A stretch of 58,047 bases of DNA from Octopus bimaculoides (taxonomy: Eukaryota), in contig NC_068988.1 of assembly GCF_001194135.2 (NCBI RefSeq), forward strand, positions 77,990,593 to 78,048,639. The letters are read 5' to 3'. This document shows positions 24,340 through 37,995 of this stretch, one piece after another (within the stretch, counting starts at the first letter, position 1; the number at the start of each line of letters is the position of its first letter). Below the pieces are notes generated by a model. It did not search any database. It saw only the letters and a list, made by a program, of their open reading frames with translations, and was not told the origin of the DNA. A program made the position numbers and the translations under genes.

Positions 24340-24812
24340 CTTCATTGTGATCTTATGTATCAACATGAGCAAGTATATAAGACTCTCTTTCTGTCAGGTA
24401 AATGGTCCGGTTCATCATATAGGAAGGAATTCCATTCAGTGCACCCAATGCAAGCTAAGGACACATGAGAAGTGTGGTGGAATCACAGGTAGGTTAAGAG
24501 AGAAAGGCATTTTTGTATGTGGCAGATGGGCAGGCACAATAAGCACAAAGGACACTTGAGCATTTGATTTTCTCAAATGCCCAAATGACAGTTTCTGTAG
24601 ATAGGTGATGAAATTTGCTGTGGAGGAGTATGTTCTAAAAGTATTGTTGCTAAAATAAGAATAAGATGGAGGAAATCAGATTGATTAGTGTTAGGAAGGA
24701 GCATCCAACCATAGAAGCCATGCTAAAGCAGATAGTAGAACTTCAGGCTTACAAGCTCCTGTCCAACTGATGCCAGCATAGAAGACAGGCATTAAATGAT
24801 GATGATGGTGAT
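24340..24812 (+). mobile_element. RTE LINE fragment (PHD-like finger plus 3' tail); a second tail follows at 24860-24990
   Basis: GRNSIQCTQCKLRTHEKCGGITGRLREKGIFVCGRWAG; GTTAGGAAGG..CATCCA...TTAAATGATGATGAT tail. Confidence 0.75.
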
Positions 24813-25544
24813 ACATATACATTCATATATATAATAATATATAATAATATATACACACATTGTAAAGTGGTTGATGTTAGGAAGGGCATCCACCATAGAA
24901 ACCAAACCAAATCAGACTGAACCTGGTACAGTTTGCCATCTCTGATCAAACAGTCCAACGGACATTAAAAGATGATGATGATGATGATGATATACATATA
25001 TCTATATACAAATATAGATAGATATAGATATACGTAATTTCATACACACACATATACACTCACATATATCCAAAAATAATTACTAAAATATTTTACTTTA
25101 CCTTTCTAATCTATTAGAGGATTTGATAACAAAAGGATATATGTACACATATATGCACACACATACACACACGCACGTGTGCATCTGCACACACATGTAA
25201 TTTTCTAGTAGATTTAAAAGGAAAACAAAGCATTAGGCAAAATAAACTCGTAGAAAAACAGTAACAAGTTTCAGAGATATATTTGTCAACAATACACCTT
25301 AGGCAGAACTATGTATCAAGCAGTTTCTCCTGTATACTTTGTAATACTGTCTTTACACTTCTCTTCTAAATACCACATACAAAGTTTAAACTGATTCTAA
25401 CTTCTCAAAGAAATATTTAAATGGGGCAACTTTAAAAATTGCTATATATTATCTAAAGAGTGTCATCCAAGAGAGATCAGGGAGAACATGTGTGTGTGTG
25501 TGTGTGTCTGTGTGTACAAGAATAGCAAGTAGGCAAGGTTAATA

Positions 25545-25835
25545 GCATTGATAGTAATAATGATGATTATAATAGTTATGATGGTAATGGTGTTGATTAT
25601 AATAGAGCTGTTATTGCTGTTGTTCCTGCTGCTGATGATGATGATGATAATAATGCTGTTAATATTGATTATGGTGATGGCAGTTGTGTTGGTGGTGGTG
25701 GTGCTGGTGCTGGTGACAGTGATGATAATGTTAATAGTAGTGGTGGTGTTGGGGATGCTAATGGCTTCACTATCTCCAATAATATTGCTGTTGTTAGCAA
25801 TGATGAAGTGATTTACATTATATTGTTATTATTAT
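25545..25835. repeat. Degenerate trinucleotide (GAT/GGT/GTT/ATT) tract
   Basis: Direct read. Confidence 0.9.
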
Positions 25836-26807
25836 TTTTTTGTCTGTTTCAGTTGTGAGATGTAAATGAAAGTCCTCTGAAAGCATTTAAGTGATTAAAT
25901 CATTGTTTTAGGTTTTACTGCTTGTCTCAATGGAATCTGAAAATCTTGTCAGTCACATAGTAATTCATCAAATTCATTTGATTCTAAATTTATATGATGC
26001 ATAGCCTTAATGGAGGAACAAAATGGCTTTATGGATACAGTATGGTAATTAAACTTCCTTCTCATGAAAACCACAATTTGAGAAAACTGGTGGTAGAAAA
26101 ATAATTATCTAGTACAATAAAATAATTATTTAGTAAACTTTACAATAAAGAGGAAATATCTAGCATGAAAATATTTATCTACATATAGTGGAAATATCAA
26201 AATTACCAAATGTCTTGGCACCAATTCCTGCCAGCTAGATGAAGTATGACATCTTATGATAAAAATGTGCCTCCAAAATATGTTACAAAGTACAAGCAGT
26301 GGATGCTTGAGACAATAGTGGTATTCACAAATCTATATTAAAATAAAAGACATGTCTTGAGATCAAGATAATTTTTCAAGTAATTTATTTGGAAAAACAA
26401 AATAAAAACTGTGGATTTATTCAATTTATTCATCAAATTCACATATACAAAGTTTATGCTTTATTTTTGGTCAAAATTTATTGTCTATGAATATCTCCCT
26501 CTCAAATACAATAATAGCCTGTGATGAAAATGAAAAGCTAAAGACAGAGACAAGAAGAAAAATGAGAAAATAAAAATAGCAACAGATTTACTAATATCTC
26601 TTGAGAGTGAAACAGTGTATTCTGCTGTAAACTTATTTCGATCTGTTAAATGTAGTTCCTTTTAGTACTTGAAACTACTTATTTTTGAGGTGGCTAAACT
26701 AAGTTACACACTCCTTCAGACAGCAAAGAAGTTAATTATACTGCTTGAAAGGTAAATATATTTTTCATTGAGATATTGATTGATAAAAAACAACTTTATG
26801 AATAAAA

Positions 26808-27180
26808 CAATATACCAACATTATCACCTCTAATTACAGCAATATTATCAACTCACAATACACCAACATTACCACACAATACATCAACATTACCACACAA
26901 TACATCAACATTATTACTATACAGTGCTCTTACATCATCACCATCAGTACACTAACCAACATTATTACACCTAAATACACCAACATTATTAGCAGATAAT
27001 GCACCAACATCATCATGTATCAATAAACCAACATTATTACCTCACATCACACTAACATTATCACCACACAAAACAACAATATTACCATCTCTCAATACAC
27101 CACCACTGTCAGTTCTCAATGCACCAATATTATCACCTTTGAAACCACCAACATTATGTGTTACATTCTCCCTTTAATTT
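26808..27180 (+). repeat. Imperfect 21-24-bp minisatellite (AATACACCAACATTA core)
   Basis: About 15 recognisable units. Confidence 0.85.
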
Positions 27181-28239
27181 AGAAGACTGCCAATACATAT
27201 TGTGAAATCAGGTACCAAACTTTGGACATCATAAGTCACATTAAGTGTGATAGTCTTACATTCATAATTAATTCTTGTTGTCTGTAAACTTGAGAAAGCA
27301 AAATTTCTCATATTTAAAAGATTGACAGCTTCAGACAGATGTAATACCTTAGCTAATGTGGTTACATTTGAAGCACAGTTGCGGTTATTTGGTTTGTCAA
27401 AATAATTCTTAAATGAGAATTAGTCATTCGGAGTTTCTCTGGTAACTGTCATAAATTGAAAGTAATGTATGAGTCAACTGATTCCATAGAGTTGTACCTA
27501 TTTTTCTTCATATACGCCAATGATCTTGAGATATTTAAAATAGATACACAGACTTTATCATTTCTTTGTCACTTATTAATGAATCGATGATGACAATGCT
27601 TAATACAATATTTTGAAGCATTTTTCCAGTGTATGTCATTTCTCTTCATGTTTCACCACTTATTTATTAACAGTGTATAAATATGTGTGTGTATGTGTCT
27701 GTATGTATGCAAGAGTGTATGTGTGCATGTTGTACATGCTTAGCTGTATTTGTGATAGTTATCTTATTTAACTAGATTTGTTTGTCTACAGATATTCTCT
27801 TTCTCTCTCTCTCTCTCTCTCCCCCCCCCAAAAAAAAACCAGTGACAAATCATTCAAACTGACCAAGTTGAAAAAAGCATTGCTACAAAGAGACATACAG
27901 TTAACATGTACAACTGATTGGAAAGTCATTTTTAACGTACCTATATAAACCTTATCTTCATCATCATTATTTAATGTCCATGTTCCAAACAAAAATCAAG
28001 GGGTAGAATTCCTAAGGCAGTCCAGTGTCCTCATACATATTCTTCTGGCAACTCCAGGCTAGGTCAAGATCTCCAGTCCTATTAGGCAATTCACCTAGGA
28101 GATGACCACTCAACTGTAAAACTCTCTGGTCATTGCACCTGTCTTAGCCCACTGCTGCTGCTTTCCCCCATTATCTTTCCCCCATGAAGAAACTACCATC
28201 AATAAATGATATATAGAAATATGAACCTTTTATCTTTTG

Positions 28240-28355
28240 TTTGTCTCAGTCATTAGATTGTGGCCATGCTGGGGCATTGCCTTGAAGAATTTTTAAGCTT
28301 GGTACTTATTCTATCAACTTCTTTTGCTAAACTGCTAAATTATGGGGACATAAAC

Positions 28356-28405
<50 letters not shown>

Positions 28406-28650
28406 CAATCACACACACACACACACACCAATCACACACAAACACAACCACACACACACATCTCACTGTCTATCCATCCATCCTTCCACATACATATACA
28501 ATGGGCTTCTTTCAGTTTTCATCTAACAAATTCACTCACAAAGCTTTGGCTGGCCCAAGGCTATAGAAGACACTTGCCCCAGGTGCTACACTGTGGGACT
28601 GAACCAGAGACCATGTAGTTGGGAAGCAAACTTCCTGCCACACAGTCACG
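28240..28650 (-). mobile_element. SINE family A with an expanded internal (CT)n/(CA)n
   Basis: Reverse complement of the family; the internal slot holds a different microsatellite. Confidence 0.8.
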
Positions 28651-28861
28651 TTTATATCTATTACAAATAGATATATATCTATTACATTTATATACATGTA
28701 TATTCATACATACACTCACATATATATATGTGTACACATACTTATACACACATACGTGCGCACACACAAACATGTCCTGAAGGTATTACCTTCCTATGTG
28801 ACACGATGTTGTCACGCAAACAATATACAATGCCATCTGGAAAAAAAAAACTGTCCTGGAA

Positions 28862-29045
28862 TATCATCATCATTGTCATTTAATGTCCATTTTACATGCT
28901 GGCATGTATTGGACGGTTTAACAGGGGATGGCTAGGCAGAAGACTGCATCAGGCTTCTCTGTCTGTTTTGGCAGGGTTTTTGTGGCTAGATGCCCTTCCT
29001 AACACCAACCACTTTACAAAGTGGGCTGGATGTTCCAGCACTGGT
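28862..29045 (-). mobile_element. RTE 3'-tail element (truncated LINE or tail-sharing SINE)
   Basis: Matches 963-1180. Confidence 0.75.
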
Positions 29046-29049
29046 GGAG

Positions 29050-29580
29050 TCAGAATCCCCTTGCTATTGATTATGTACACAAATATAAATACAAAGAATA
29101 CTGGTGGAACATTCCCATGAAAACATCTGTCAAGTGTAAGCATAACAGGCCAGATATTGCTGCTTGGGACATACAAGAAAAAGTATGTATCATGACAGAG
29201 GTCAGCTCTCCTGGTTATGTGAATCATCATCATCATCGTTTAACGTCCGCTTTCCATGCTAGCATGGGTTGGACGATTTGACTGAGGACTGGTGAAACCG
29301 GATGGCAACACCAGGCTCCAATCTAATATCTCTTTGAAAATCAAAGAGAAAGAAGATAACGATAGACAAATGCTTTGAAGCCTCCAGCTTTTGTATCCAG
29401 ATTACAAATTTACATTTATATCGATAATAATTGGTGCACTTGGTTTTGTAAGTAAATGGCTAACTGTCAGTCTGGATAAGCTTGGATTTTCAGGAAAAGA
29501 AATCAATCAACTTGTACATGCAAATACAATTTGTTAGTGGAACAGTAAAACTATGCAAGACTTTTCTCAGGTTTAAAGCA
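29050..29580 (+). mobile_element. R4/Dong-type LINE RLE endonuclease fragment, interrupted by an RTE-tail insert at about 29224-29330
   Basis: YWWNIPMKTSVKCKHNRPDIAAWD..EKVCIMTEVSSP [insert] NISLKIKEKED...LYPDYKFTFISIIIGALG. Confidence 0.85.
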
Positions 29581-29689
29581 TGACATTGTTTTTATTATCT
29601 ACATTTCAAAGATGGAGTTTTGTATCTTTGCTTGAAACCAGCTCAAAGGGAGAATTTAAATGATTAAAAGCAGAAGAGATACATAGGAC

Positions 29690-30210
29690 AACCACATTAT
29701 TTTCAGAATGTCTTCCAGATATTATCTTTCCATGAGGCATATACAGTGGTCAGAACAGTCTGAAAAAGGATGTCAAAAAAGAAAACTCCTACAAAGTTGA
29801 CTGAATGGAGACTGATGAGTCAAAATATTGGTCAAACTTGAAAATTAAAACAATCACCAAGTTAAAACATAATTGGTCAGATATAGTTGTATGGGACCAC
29901 CAAGAAAAGGTACATTCTGTTGCAGAAATTAGATGCCCTCTGGACACTGATGTGATAAGAAAAATACAAGAGAAAGGACACTTATGGACCATTGATAAGA
30001 AGTTTACAAATCCAGTACCCATGATACACTTTCAATTTCATCCTATTATTGTTAGAGCAACAGAATACATACCAACCTGCCTGAAGCAAAGCATGGCTAA
30101 ACTTGGGACCTTGGGGAGAGAGTGCAAATCCTTAATTCATACACTATAAACAATCACAAGATCCAGGACAATAATAATCTACAAAATCTTCTTAAGATTC
30201 CAAGGATGAT
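29690..30210 (+). mobile_element. Second R4/Dong-type RLE fragment
   Basis: HII..RMSSRYYLSMRH; NLKIKTITKLKHNWSDIVVWDHQEKVHSVAEIRCPLD; PIIVRATEYIP. Confidence 0.8.
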
Positions 30211-32313
30211 GAACAAAACAAGATGCTTTCCTTCTCAACCTTACTACCAAATAGGTGGCTGTTCAAAATTTATTCTAAATTAAAATGAGAAAAATAACTT
30301 GCACACATGTACACACACACACACACACGTGTTTATGTTTGTATGTAAACTGAGAAACTGGGCCAAGCAGCTTTTATAGAAAAAACAAAGATGTGACACC
30401 CAACTAAAACAGGTAAAAGAAATTATTTAGATCAAGGTTTTTTTGCATGATGAACACAATAATGACAACAACGATAACAAGCCAGTTGATAAATATAGAA
30501 TTACTGGAAACAGTGAAGCTTTAAGAAGGCAAACTATACTTAATTCTGTGAACTTTCTTACTCATGCCATTAAATATGTTCATACTAACTTAACTCTTCT
30601 TTTTTTATGTGGATGGTATCTCTGAGTAATTAACTGAATAGTTAATTAGTGATGTATTTTTGAAAGAAATAATTCTGACTACTCACCTACATACATTACT
30701 TATTTTCCTACACACCTACCTTCCTATGTACAAACATATATATTTATCTACCTATCTACCATACCAGACCATATGATACTTTTTACCATATTTGTTATAC
30801 TTTCCTATGCAGATATGTACCTACCTCTCTGCCTACTAGTTTATTCTTCTTCTGTATGGACAAGAAGTTGTTACTTTTACTGTTTAGTTGTATTAAAATA
30901 CTATTAACATGCTATTTCAGCTGAAACATTGTATATATGATATTTTAACACCCCTCCCCAATCCTTAAAGTTACTATGTCATCCCCATTGTTGCTTGGTT
31001 GGTGGTATCACTTCATTATCAACCCCTTCTTTTTTCCCATTGCTCTAATATTCCCTACCCCACTACATCCCCCTCCATTCACTAGGTTAACTGACTATAG
31101 CATGACACTTGAAGAAATAATTTTCATTCCAGCCTTCACTTACTCATGTCTTTATTGTCACTTTAGTGTGAAAGAATGACATTGCTTAGTAAGTGGAGGG
31201 TTGTTGGTAGGGGTTGATGGTATATGGGTGTCAGTAGTGGTGTTGCAGAGACTAAGGTGAGTTATGTTAAATAACTGAACTTCTGTAAAATATAGTTTAT
31301 TGTGGATTGGAATGTCTTCAGATTAATTACTTTGCAGAATTATTTTTGTTTCATTACATTCAAATCCTGCCATGGTGAACTTTATCTTTCATCCTTCAGG
31401 GGCCAATAAATTAAAAAACCCAATCAAACACCAGAACTGATTTAATAAACTATCCACCCCCTCACCCTGCATCCCACAAAAATTACTGGTCTTGTACTTA
31501 AATTAGGAATTATTATTATGGCAGAATTATTATGACTTTCAAATTCATTTTAACACCCTCTGATTACATATCATCTTGCCTTACTTTAACCCTAACCCTT
31601 ACAATGATATAAAAGTAACAACTGGTTACAGATTTGTCTTCTCATCACTCTTGTATTTCTGTAGTCAGTATACTGTGGTGTGTCTAATAATTTCAGCCTG
31701 TGTTTTGGTTGAGTCTTCAGAAGTACATTAGCTAGTGCCACAGCTTATGCATTTTCCCTTTAATGGTCTGAAGAGCATGTTGTACTTCTTGATGTGAGAT
31801 GTGATTTAGTCTTCTTCCATAGTTATAGCATGTAATTTTTCTTTTTGCCCCACTTGGATTGACTCTAGTGGTAAAGATATGTTGTTTGGTCCAACAAAAT
31901 TCATCCAACTAACCTTTTTTTTTTTACCTTTTAACAGTGCAAGTACTAAAATTCTGCTAGTATAGTCTGTGTTAAGGAAAGTTTCTCTGTAACACAACAG
32001 CTAAATGAATGGATTGTAGTGTTTGACTCTATGTCAGAATTGTCACTACTTTTACCATTGTTGCAACTATCTCTCTCATTGAAAGTGCTTGTTTCAATGT
32101 TCAGATTATTATTTTTCTTTTTATATCAATTGTTCAATAAACAGTTAATTTTTGTTGTTACCTGCCTCCAAATATTGAGAGCAGCCTTTCCTTAGATAAT
32201 TATTGTCCTTTTATTTTAAACAAGAACACTAAAAAAAATTTCATTTGGTAATGATTGAATAAATAGTTTTTCAAAAAGAGAAAAATGGGAGTTTTCACTC
32301 TACAACACTAAAA

Positions 32314-32354
<41 letters not shown>

Positions 32355-32899
32355 AGCCCTTGGGATCCCATTTTTGTAAATTACTGGTTTGCCATCATGG
32401 GTGAGCCACAACAGAGGCATGCATTTGTCATGTATGCATTGTATTTGTTGACCAATCAGCTTCCAGGAAATCATGCCACCAGTTAGAACATCATCTCAAG
32501 TGTCCTTGAGATCCGTGCCCTTTTTCACTAGTTAAGTAGTGTAGCACTAAAAATCAATTAGACCTCTGGTGGCTTTTGAACAGGACACATCTTGGTTCTC
32601 ACTGAGTAAATCAAGGTAAGGGCTTCAACAAGATACAGTGGTCTCACATCTTCCTGATAACTAATGGTCAAGCAAATACAGTTAAGTTGATTCCTAACTC
32701 CTAGTCTTGCTACTAGTGAGGGTTGAATAATTTATGTATGTATCCATGCTTAGCCTTCCCTTAATAAAATCTGTTGACCGCAATTAATATAGCAACACTT
32801 TCAACTCCAACAATGGTGACAACCACTACAACACTGTCTTGTAACAATAATGCTTGAAATTTTGGCACGAAACGAACTACTTGAGAGGGAATTGAACTG

Positions 32900-33200
32900 G
32901 GGTGAGTGTCCGGCCATGTTTTCAAACAAACATTGTATACGAGATGGCCTGTACTTGCAGAGATAACTATATCGGATTGACTAAGCGACAGCTTCAAACT
33001 AGAGTGAAATCTTCACAAGGCCACAACACCCAGCACCATATTCCAACACCATCAACACTGTGATGGGAAGTTCTCCACTCGGATACTGGCCAGGGAAACA
33101 GGTGCAAATCAACCTTTGAATAAAGGAGGCACATTTTATCAAGAAGAAGGCACCCTGCCTCAATCGCTGGAACATACTAGATGGATGGAAGTTCATTTAC
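32900..33200 (+). mobile_element. PLE GIY-YIG endonuclease fragment
   Basis: TNIVYEMACTCRDNYIGLTKRQLQTRV...IKEAHFIKKKAPCLNR (with frameshifts). Confidence 0.85.
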
Positions 33201-33384
33201 TGCCTCTGGAACCTCTAACCAATGCCAGCAGTAATAAATGCCAATACCAGCAGTAGTAAACATCAACACCAGCGGTAATAACATAAAGTCTAATGAAGTA
33301 TTATAGAGCCAAAAGCACTAAGCCCATTAGCCCTAGAACTTGCAACAAGGTTATGCACAGACCACACACTACCAGTAGGTCCCC

Positions 33385-33420
<36 letters not shown>

Positions 33421-35840
33421 CCTACCTCTCAAAAAAAAAAAACGTTAGACCTTTTTAAACTTTTGAACTTTTGATAATTTGAAAAAGAAATAACACTTTT
33501 TGAAATTTACTACAACCCTGTTATCTCTGTGTACTGGACAGATTTCAGTCAAAGAAAATCTTGTGGAAGAATTATGAAGCAAAGAAATGTCTCTCTTTAT
33601 CTGAAGAAGTTGTGCTGCTTTATGAAAGGGGGAATAATTTTCTCTAAGTTGTCAAAATATCAACTAAAAGCAGCAGTGGACAGCATATGAACCTGCATTT
33701 CATTCATCGAGTGAGGCAAGGCTTATAATACTCTGCAAGTCTGGTGTTCAGGATCAGTGAGCTGCAATGCCATTCCGTAGTAGATGGGCCAGTATAACAC
33801 AAAGGTGGAAGTGAACAGTATTAGCAATGACAATGATCTTTAGTTGATTGTCTTCTTCATAGCACAATATGTGCTGCTGTTAGGTACAGAAATTATAAGT
33901 AATCCCAAGAGGAGTCTAAAAATTACAGTGGTATTCCAAAACTGTATTCCATCTTCGGTGCCAGCTCAGCTGTTACACTGATGACAATAAAAAAAATGTC
34001 TAACAGTTTTCTGCTTAGACAAACTAGAAGGGCAAAGTGAGAAAGAGAGAGAGGTGAAGAGTAGCAGAATTAACAATGTCTCAGAGGCTGCTGTCTCACT
34101 GTAATATCACTTGCTCCAACAGTTGTAGCTCTGAAGATGATTGAGGAAATTGATTCACCTATAGGACAAGATATTGACAACCAGGGTCCATTCCCTTGAC
34201 TGAAATCTGTAGTACCACACCATCACCTAGCAACAATGAAGAGAATATTGAAAGTGAGTCAGGTCGACAGATTATCAAAGACAGGACAAAGGCTGAAAAT
34301 ATAAATGTTCCTGTAAAAAAGAGCCTATTCCAAGTGAAAGCAAGTAGAACATGAAAAGAGGAAACCCTTCTCTGGGACATGTTCTTCGTGGTTGTGTAAG
34401 GTATGAATCCTTTCTTCATGAAACTAATTGAAGACCTCCATTACAAAGATAATGAGAACAAAGTGCTCATTGTAGAGGGGCAAAATAAGGCCGAAAGAAT
34501 TCAAGATATATTCAAGATAGATTGTTGATGAAGACTACAGTAATTAACTATGGTAATTTAAAACTAGCTTATCAGGATGCTTTGTGCCACATTCACTCCC
34601 CCCACCCACATACACATGAGAAAAATAACAACAATGAGCACTTTCAGGTGAACTAATTTTCAATATTAACAGTGACAAGAAGACAAAAAAGAGTAAGAAA
34701 TTGAGAGGATTACCTCTTACTCCATGATGAATGAAAATCACAATTCTTTGCAAAACAAAGAACTTGTAACAGTAATTTGAAACCTCAACCAATTGATGGT
34801 CAGGCACCACAAGCGAACCACCAGAGTTTCATATGAACAATCTATCAATTGACCAATCAGCACAAGGCTGTGGGGTGATATGGTTTTCTTAAGCATTTTA
34901 GATTTTGGCTTCATGTCCCTTATAAAAACCATTTGATGTGCTGCTTAGAACATAAGCAGCCAAGAGAAGACAGCCAAGGACCTTTGTTGCCATGGAGATT
35001 TGCACAGTTGACTTTGTATATTTTGGGGCCAATGACATGTTGTCACACAGATAGCTTTCTATAATTTCAGAGCATTCCTCTCTCTCTCTCTCTTCCAGTT
35101 CATTGTAAATAGCCAACACCAAATATCTTTATGTCTGGCAATAAATATTCAGTTAAACATTTGCAAGTTGTTTTGGTTATTATTCATGCAGTCAACGAAA
35201 TGGATCTTCATTTACCAGCTCTACATCACACCAACCAAGTAACCCTCATAACAAACTGAAAAAGAAAGGAGTTGCAATTTTTGTTGAATACTCAAATAGG
35301 AGATGTCTAAGGAAATCCACAAGGCCAGTCTATGAACAATTACCGTGCAATTTTCCAAAGGATGGGGACCAATTTGTAGCCAGTCAAATACCATAGGAGA
35401 AAAGTTAAGTCATAAAAATTTCAATGAGTAGCCATTCATTATTAATTGAAATGCCATAGAAAGCTCTAAGTCAACATAGCTAGTGAGTTTTTGCCCGCTT
35501 GTGGGTCATGTATCTTTAAGTAAATTACATTTGATTTCTATTGTTGAGTTTTTTTAAATTGTGTATTTGCTCTATCTTTTTGGTTAAATATTTAATACAC
35601 TTCATAGTATCTTAACTTTGTCTATGCTTTTAGTTGTATATAACTTTTTCTTGTTGATCCCCATTTCTCTAGCTTTCATCCTTTAATTTTTGTTGTTTGT
35701 ATGCAATGAACCTTTGGGTTAATAAACAACAAATGATATGCTTTCAGGATTATTTTATGAAAGAATTTTTTTATATTTTAGTTCCAAATGATTCCAAAAT
35801 ATTAAAAACTTTCTGGAAGTTTATATGAGAAAAACAAAAG

Positions 35841-35985
<145 letters not shown>

Positions 35986-36303
35986 AATAAACAAACAAGC
36001 TTATGGAGACAGCTTCAAACTTAGAAACTTATTTGTACAAGGCACACTCACACTCACTAAAAGGAACATGTTGAGGACAATGATTTGAATGAAAATACTG
36101 TAAAAACTAATGTAATTTACACACTTTTCTTACAAAAATAAAAATAAACTTTAGTGGGTGTTTAAATTACACGAGTAGATCATTTCCAGAATTTTTTTGA
36201 AATTTTTTTTGTTGAAAAATGACTTACAAAACATAAACATTCGTACCAGAAGTTGACTCATTTAATGTCAGAATAGGTTTTTACAGAAAAAAATAACGGC
36301 TTA

Positions 36304-36482
36304 CCTATTTTAACATGTATAAGGAAGCCTCGTGTATAAAGAACCCCCTAATTTGGGGGGGGGTCTAAAATTTGGAAAAAAGGTTTTGTAAGGGATTTTG
36401 ATACTATCCATGTATAAGTAACTCTCATACTTTTAACCTAATTTTTGACAAAAAAGGGTTCCTTATACTCATTAAAATATGC
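36304..36482. mobile_element. pogo-like MITE
   Basis: TA flanks; imperfect TIRs CC-TATTTTAACATGTATAAGGAAGCC / GCATATTTTAATGAGTATAAGGAACCC. Confidence 0.6.
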
Positions 36483-36689
36483 TAAATATAATGAAATTGA
36501 CTTTTCTTTATGTTGGACAGTATAATGCTTGCTTTTTCTGTATAAATTCACTAAAACCATTAAATTGATTAACTATTTTTTGAAGTCTGATGTTCATGCT
36601 GGTAAACATGGTCCAGGTCATATTTTACATTGCTTGGAGTTTCTACCTATCACAATGTGGCACCATTAACATACATAATGATATGGATA

Positions 36690-36886
36690 ATTTTGATTGT
36701 ATGTTTTTATTTTTGTCTGTTTATTACTAGGCACAGTTTTAAGTTTGTTGTACTGTTTATACCAATTTCAAGCATTGGCTTCACTAACATTAAAATGCCT
36801 TCTGGCAGCTCTATTGCCACGTTCAAATGCATATTCAACATATTTAATTTCTCCTTCACAGTAAATGATTCATAAGTTCTGCCCAT
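36690..36886 (-). pseudogene. pogo-type transposase N-terminus (Brinker-like DNA-binding domain)
   Basis: MGRTYESFTVKEKL[fs]KYVEYAFERGNRAARRHFNVSEANA*NWYKQYNKLK resembles the BrkDBD pattern SFTxxFKLxxxxYAExxGNRAAARHFxVSExNVRxW. Confidence 0.75.
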
Positions 36887-37789
36887 ACTGACAATAACGG
36901 TAATGGCAAATTTTTAAGTTTGCTTGACATTTTATGAAAGTGATAAAATTTCGATATTCAGGTGTGCAAATTACATAGGTTTTTTTTTTTTATGGGAGAT
37001 AAAAAATGATGACAGCACCATCAACAACAGAAATATTTAATCTTTTGCCAATCTCATGGGATAAAAAATGTGACATGCTAGGTATGTCATAAGGAACAGT
37101 ACCTCTTTGCTTGTCAAATTCAAAAGGAATGGAAGAGTGCTTCCACACATCTACAAAGGAAGAGTTAAAGAAAGTTCTGAGATATGACAGGACATGTATT
37201 CCATCAGTCCATACAATGCATATGGAAGCATGTGCTTAGTTCTGGAAACTGATGATAAAGTGAATAGACAAGTAGAGCTGATGTGCTGCATGCTTGCTCA
37301 CCGGACAATTCCACAGTATAAGGGTCTGAGCAATCACAACTAGAGATATTGACTTAAACTTCAATCATTTGTTTGTTCTCACCTTTGTGTGCTTAGGGTT
37401 AGTGCAGATGTAACCCACAGTAATACTTTGTCGAGTGGAGTCTATATGAACATCTGCTTCCTAATGATCCTTGAAGTTTGTAACTCATTGATGGAATATA
37501 AAGTCAGTCAACCAGAATAGCAGTACATACTAGAAGGCCTAGTAGCTACAAGTGTGGTAGTTAAAACATCTTGAATACTATCTGACTAGAACATAGTAAA
37601 AGCAGAAGGTGGAAAAAAGTATCAGATGGCAGCAAACAAGAGACAACATGAACTCAAATAATTCACATCAATGTGCTGATATTTCAAAGGAGGCCTTTAA
37701 AGTACTAAAGGTGACTTCAATGTCTTGTTTGATGATAATATCAACAGCAGTAGCATTGGCACATTCATTCTTTACCAAAGAAAAGTATT

Positions 37790-37995
37790 GGTTTTAAATC
37801 TTGGCACATTGTCAACAATTTGGGGGAAGGAGTTAAGTTGATTACATTGACCCTATTGTTTAACTGGTATTTATTTTACTGACCCTGAAAGGCAAAGTCA
37901 ACCCTGGTGGTGTTTGAACCCAGAACGTAAAGACCAATGATATGCCAGTAAACATTTTGTCCAGCATGTTAACGATTTTGCCAGTTCACTGCCTT
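37790..37995 (-). mobile_element. SINE family B
   Basis: Reverse complement of 10932-11140. Confidence 0.75.

Noticed and set aside
26808-27180. Regularly spaced repeats as a CRISPR-like array
   Set aside because: Eukaryotic context; units are degenerate with no unique spacers
27420-27460. Minus-strand GAAACUCCGAAU resembling the 46-kb half-HHR
   Set aside because: It needs about five substitutions to restore the core
29811-29845. CUGAUGA followed by a possible stem
   Set aside because: No GAAA in register; lies within LINE coding sequence
31585-31600. TAACCCTAACCCT telomere-like motif
   Set aside because: Only two units
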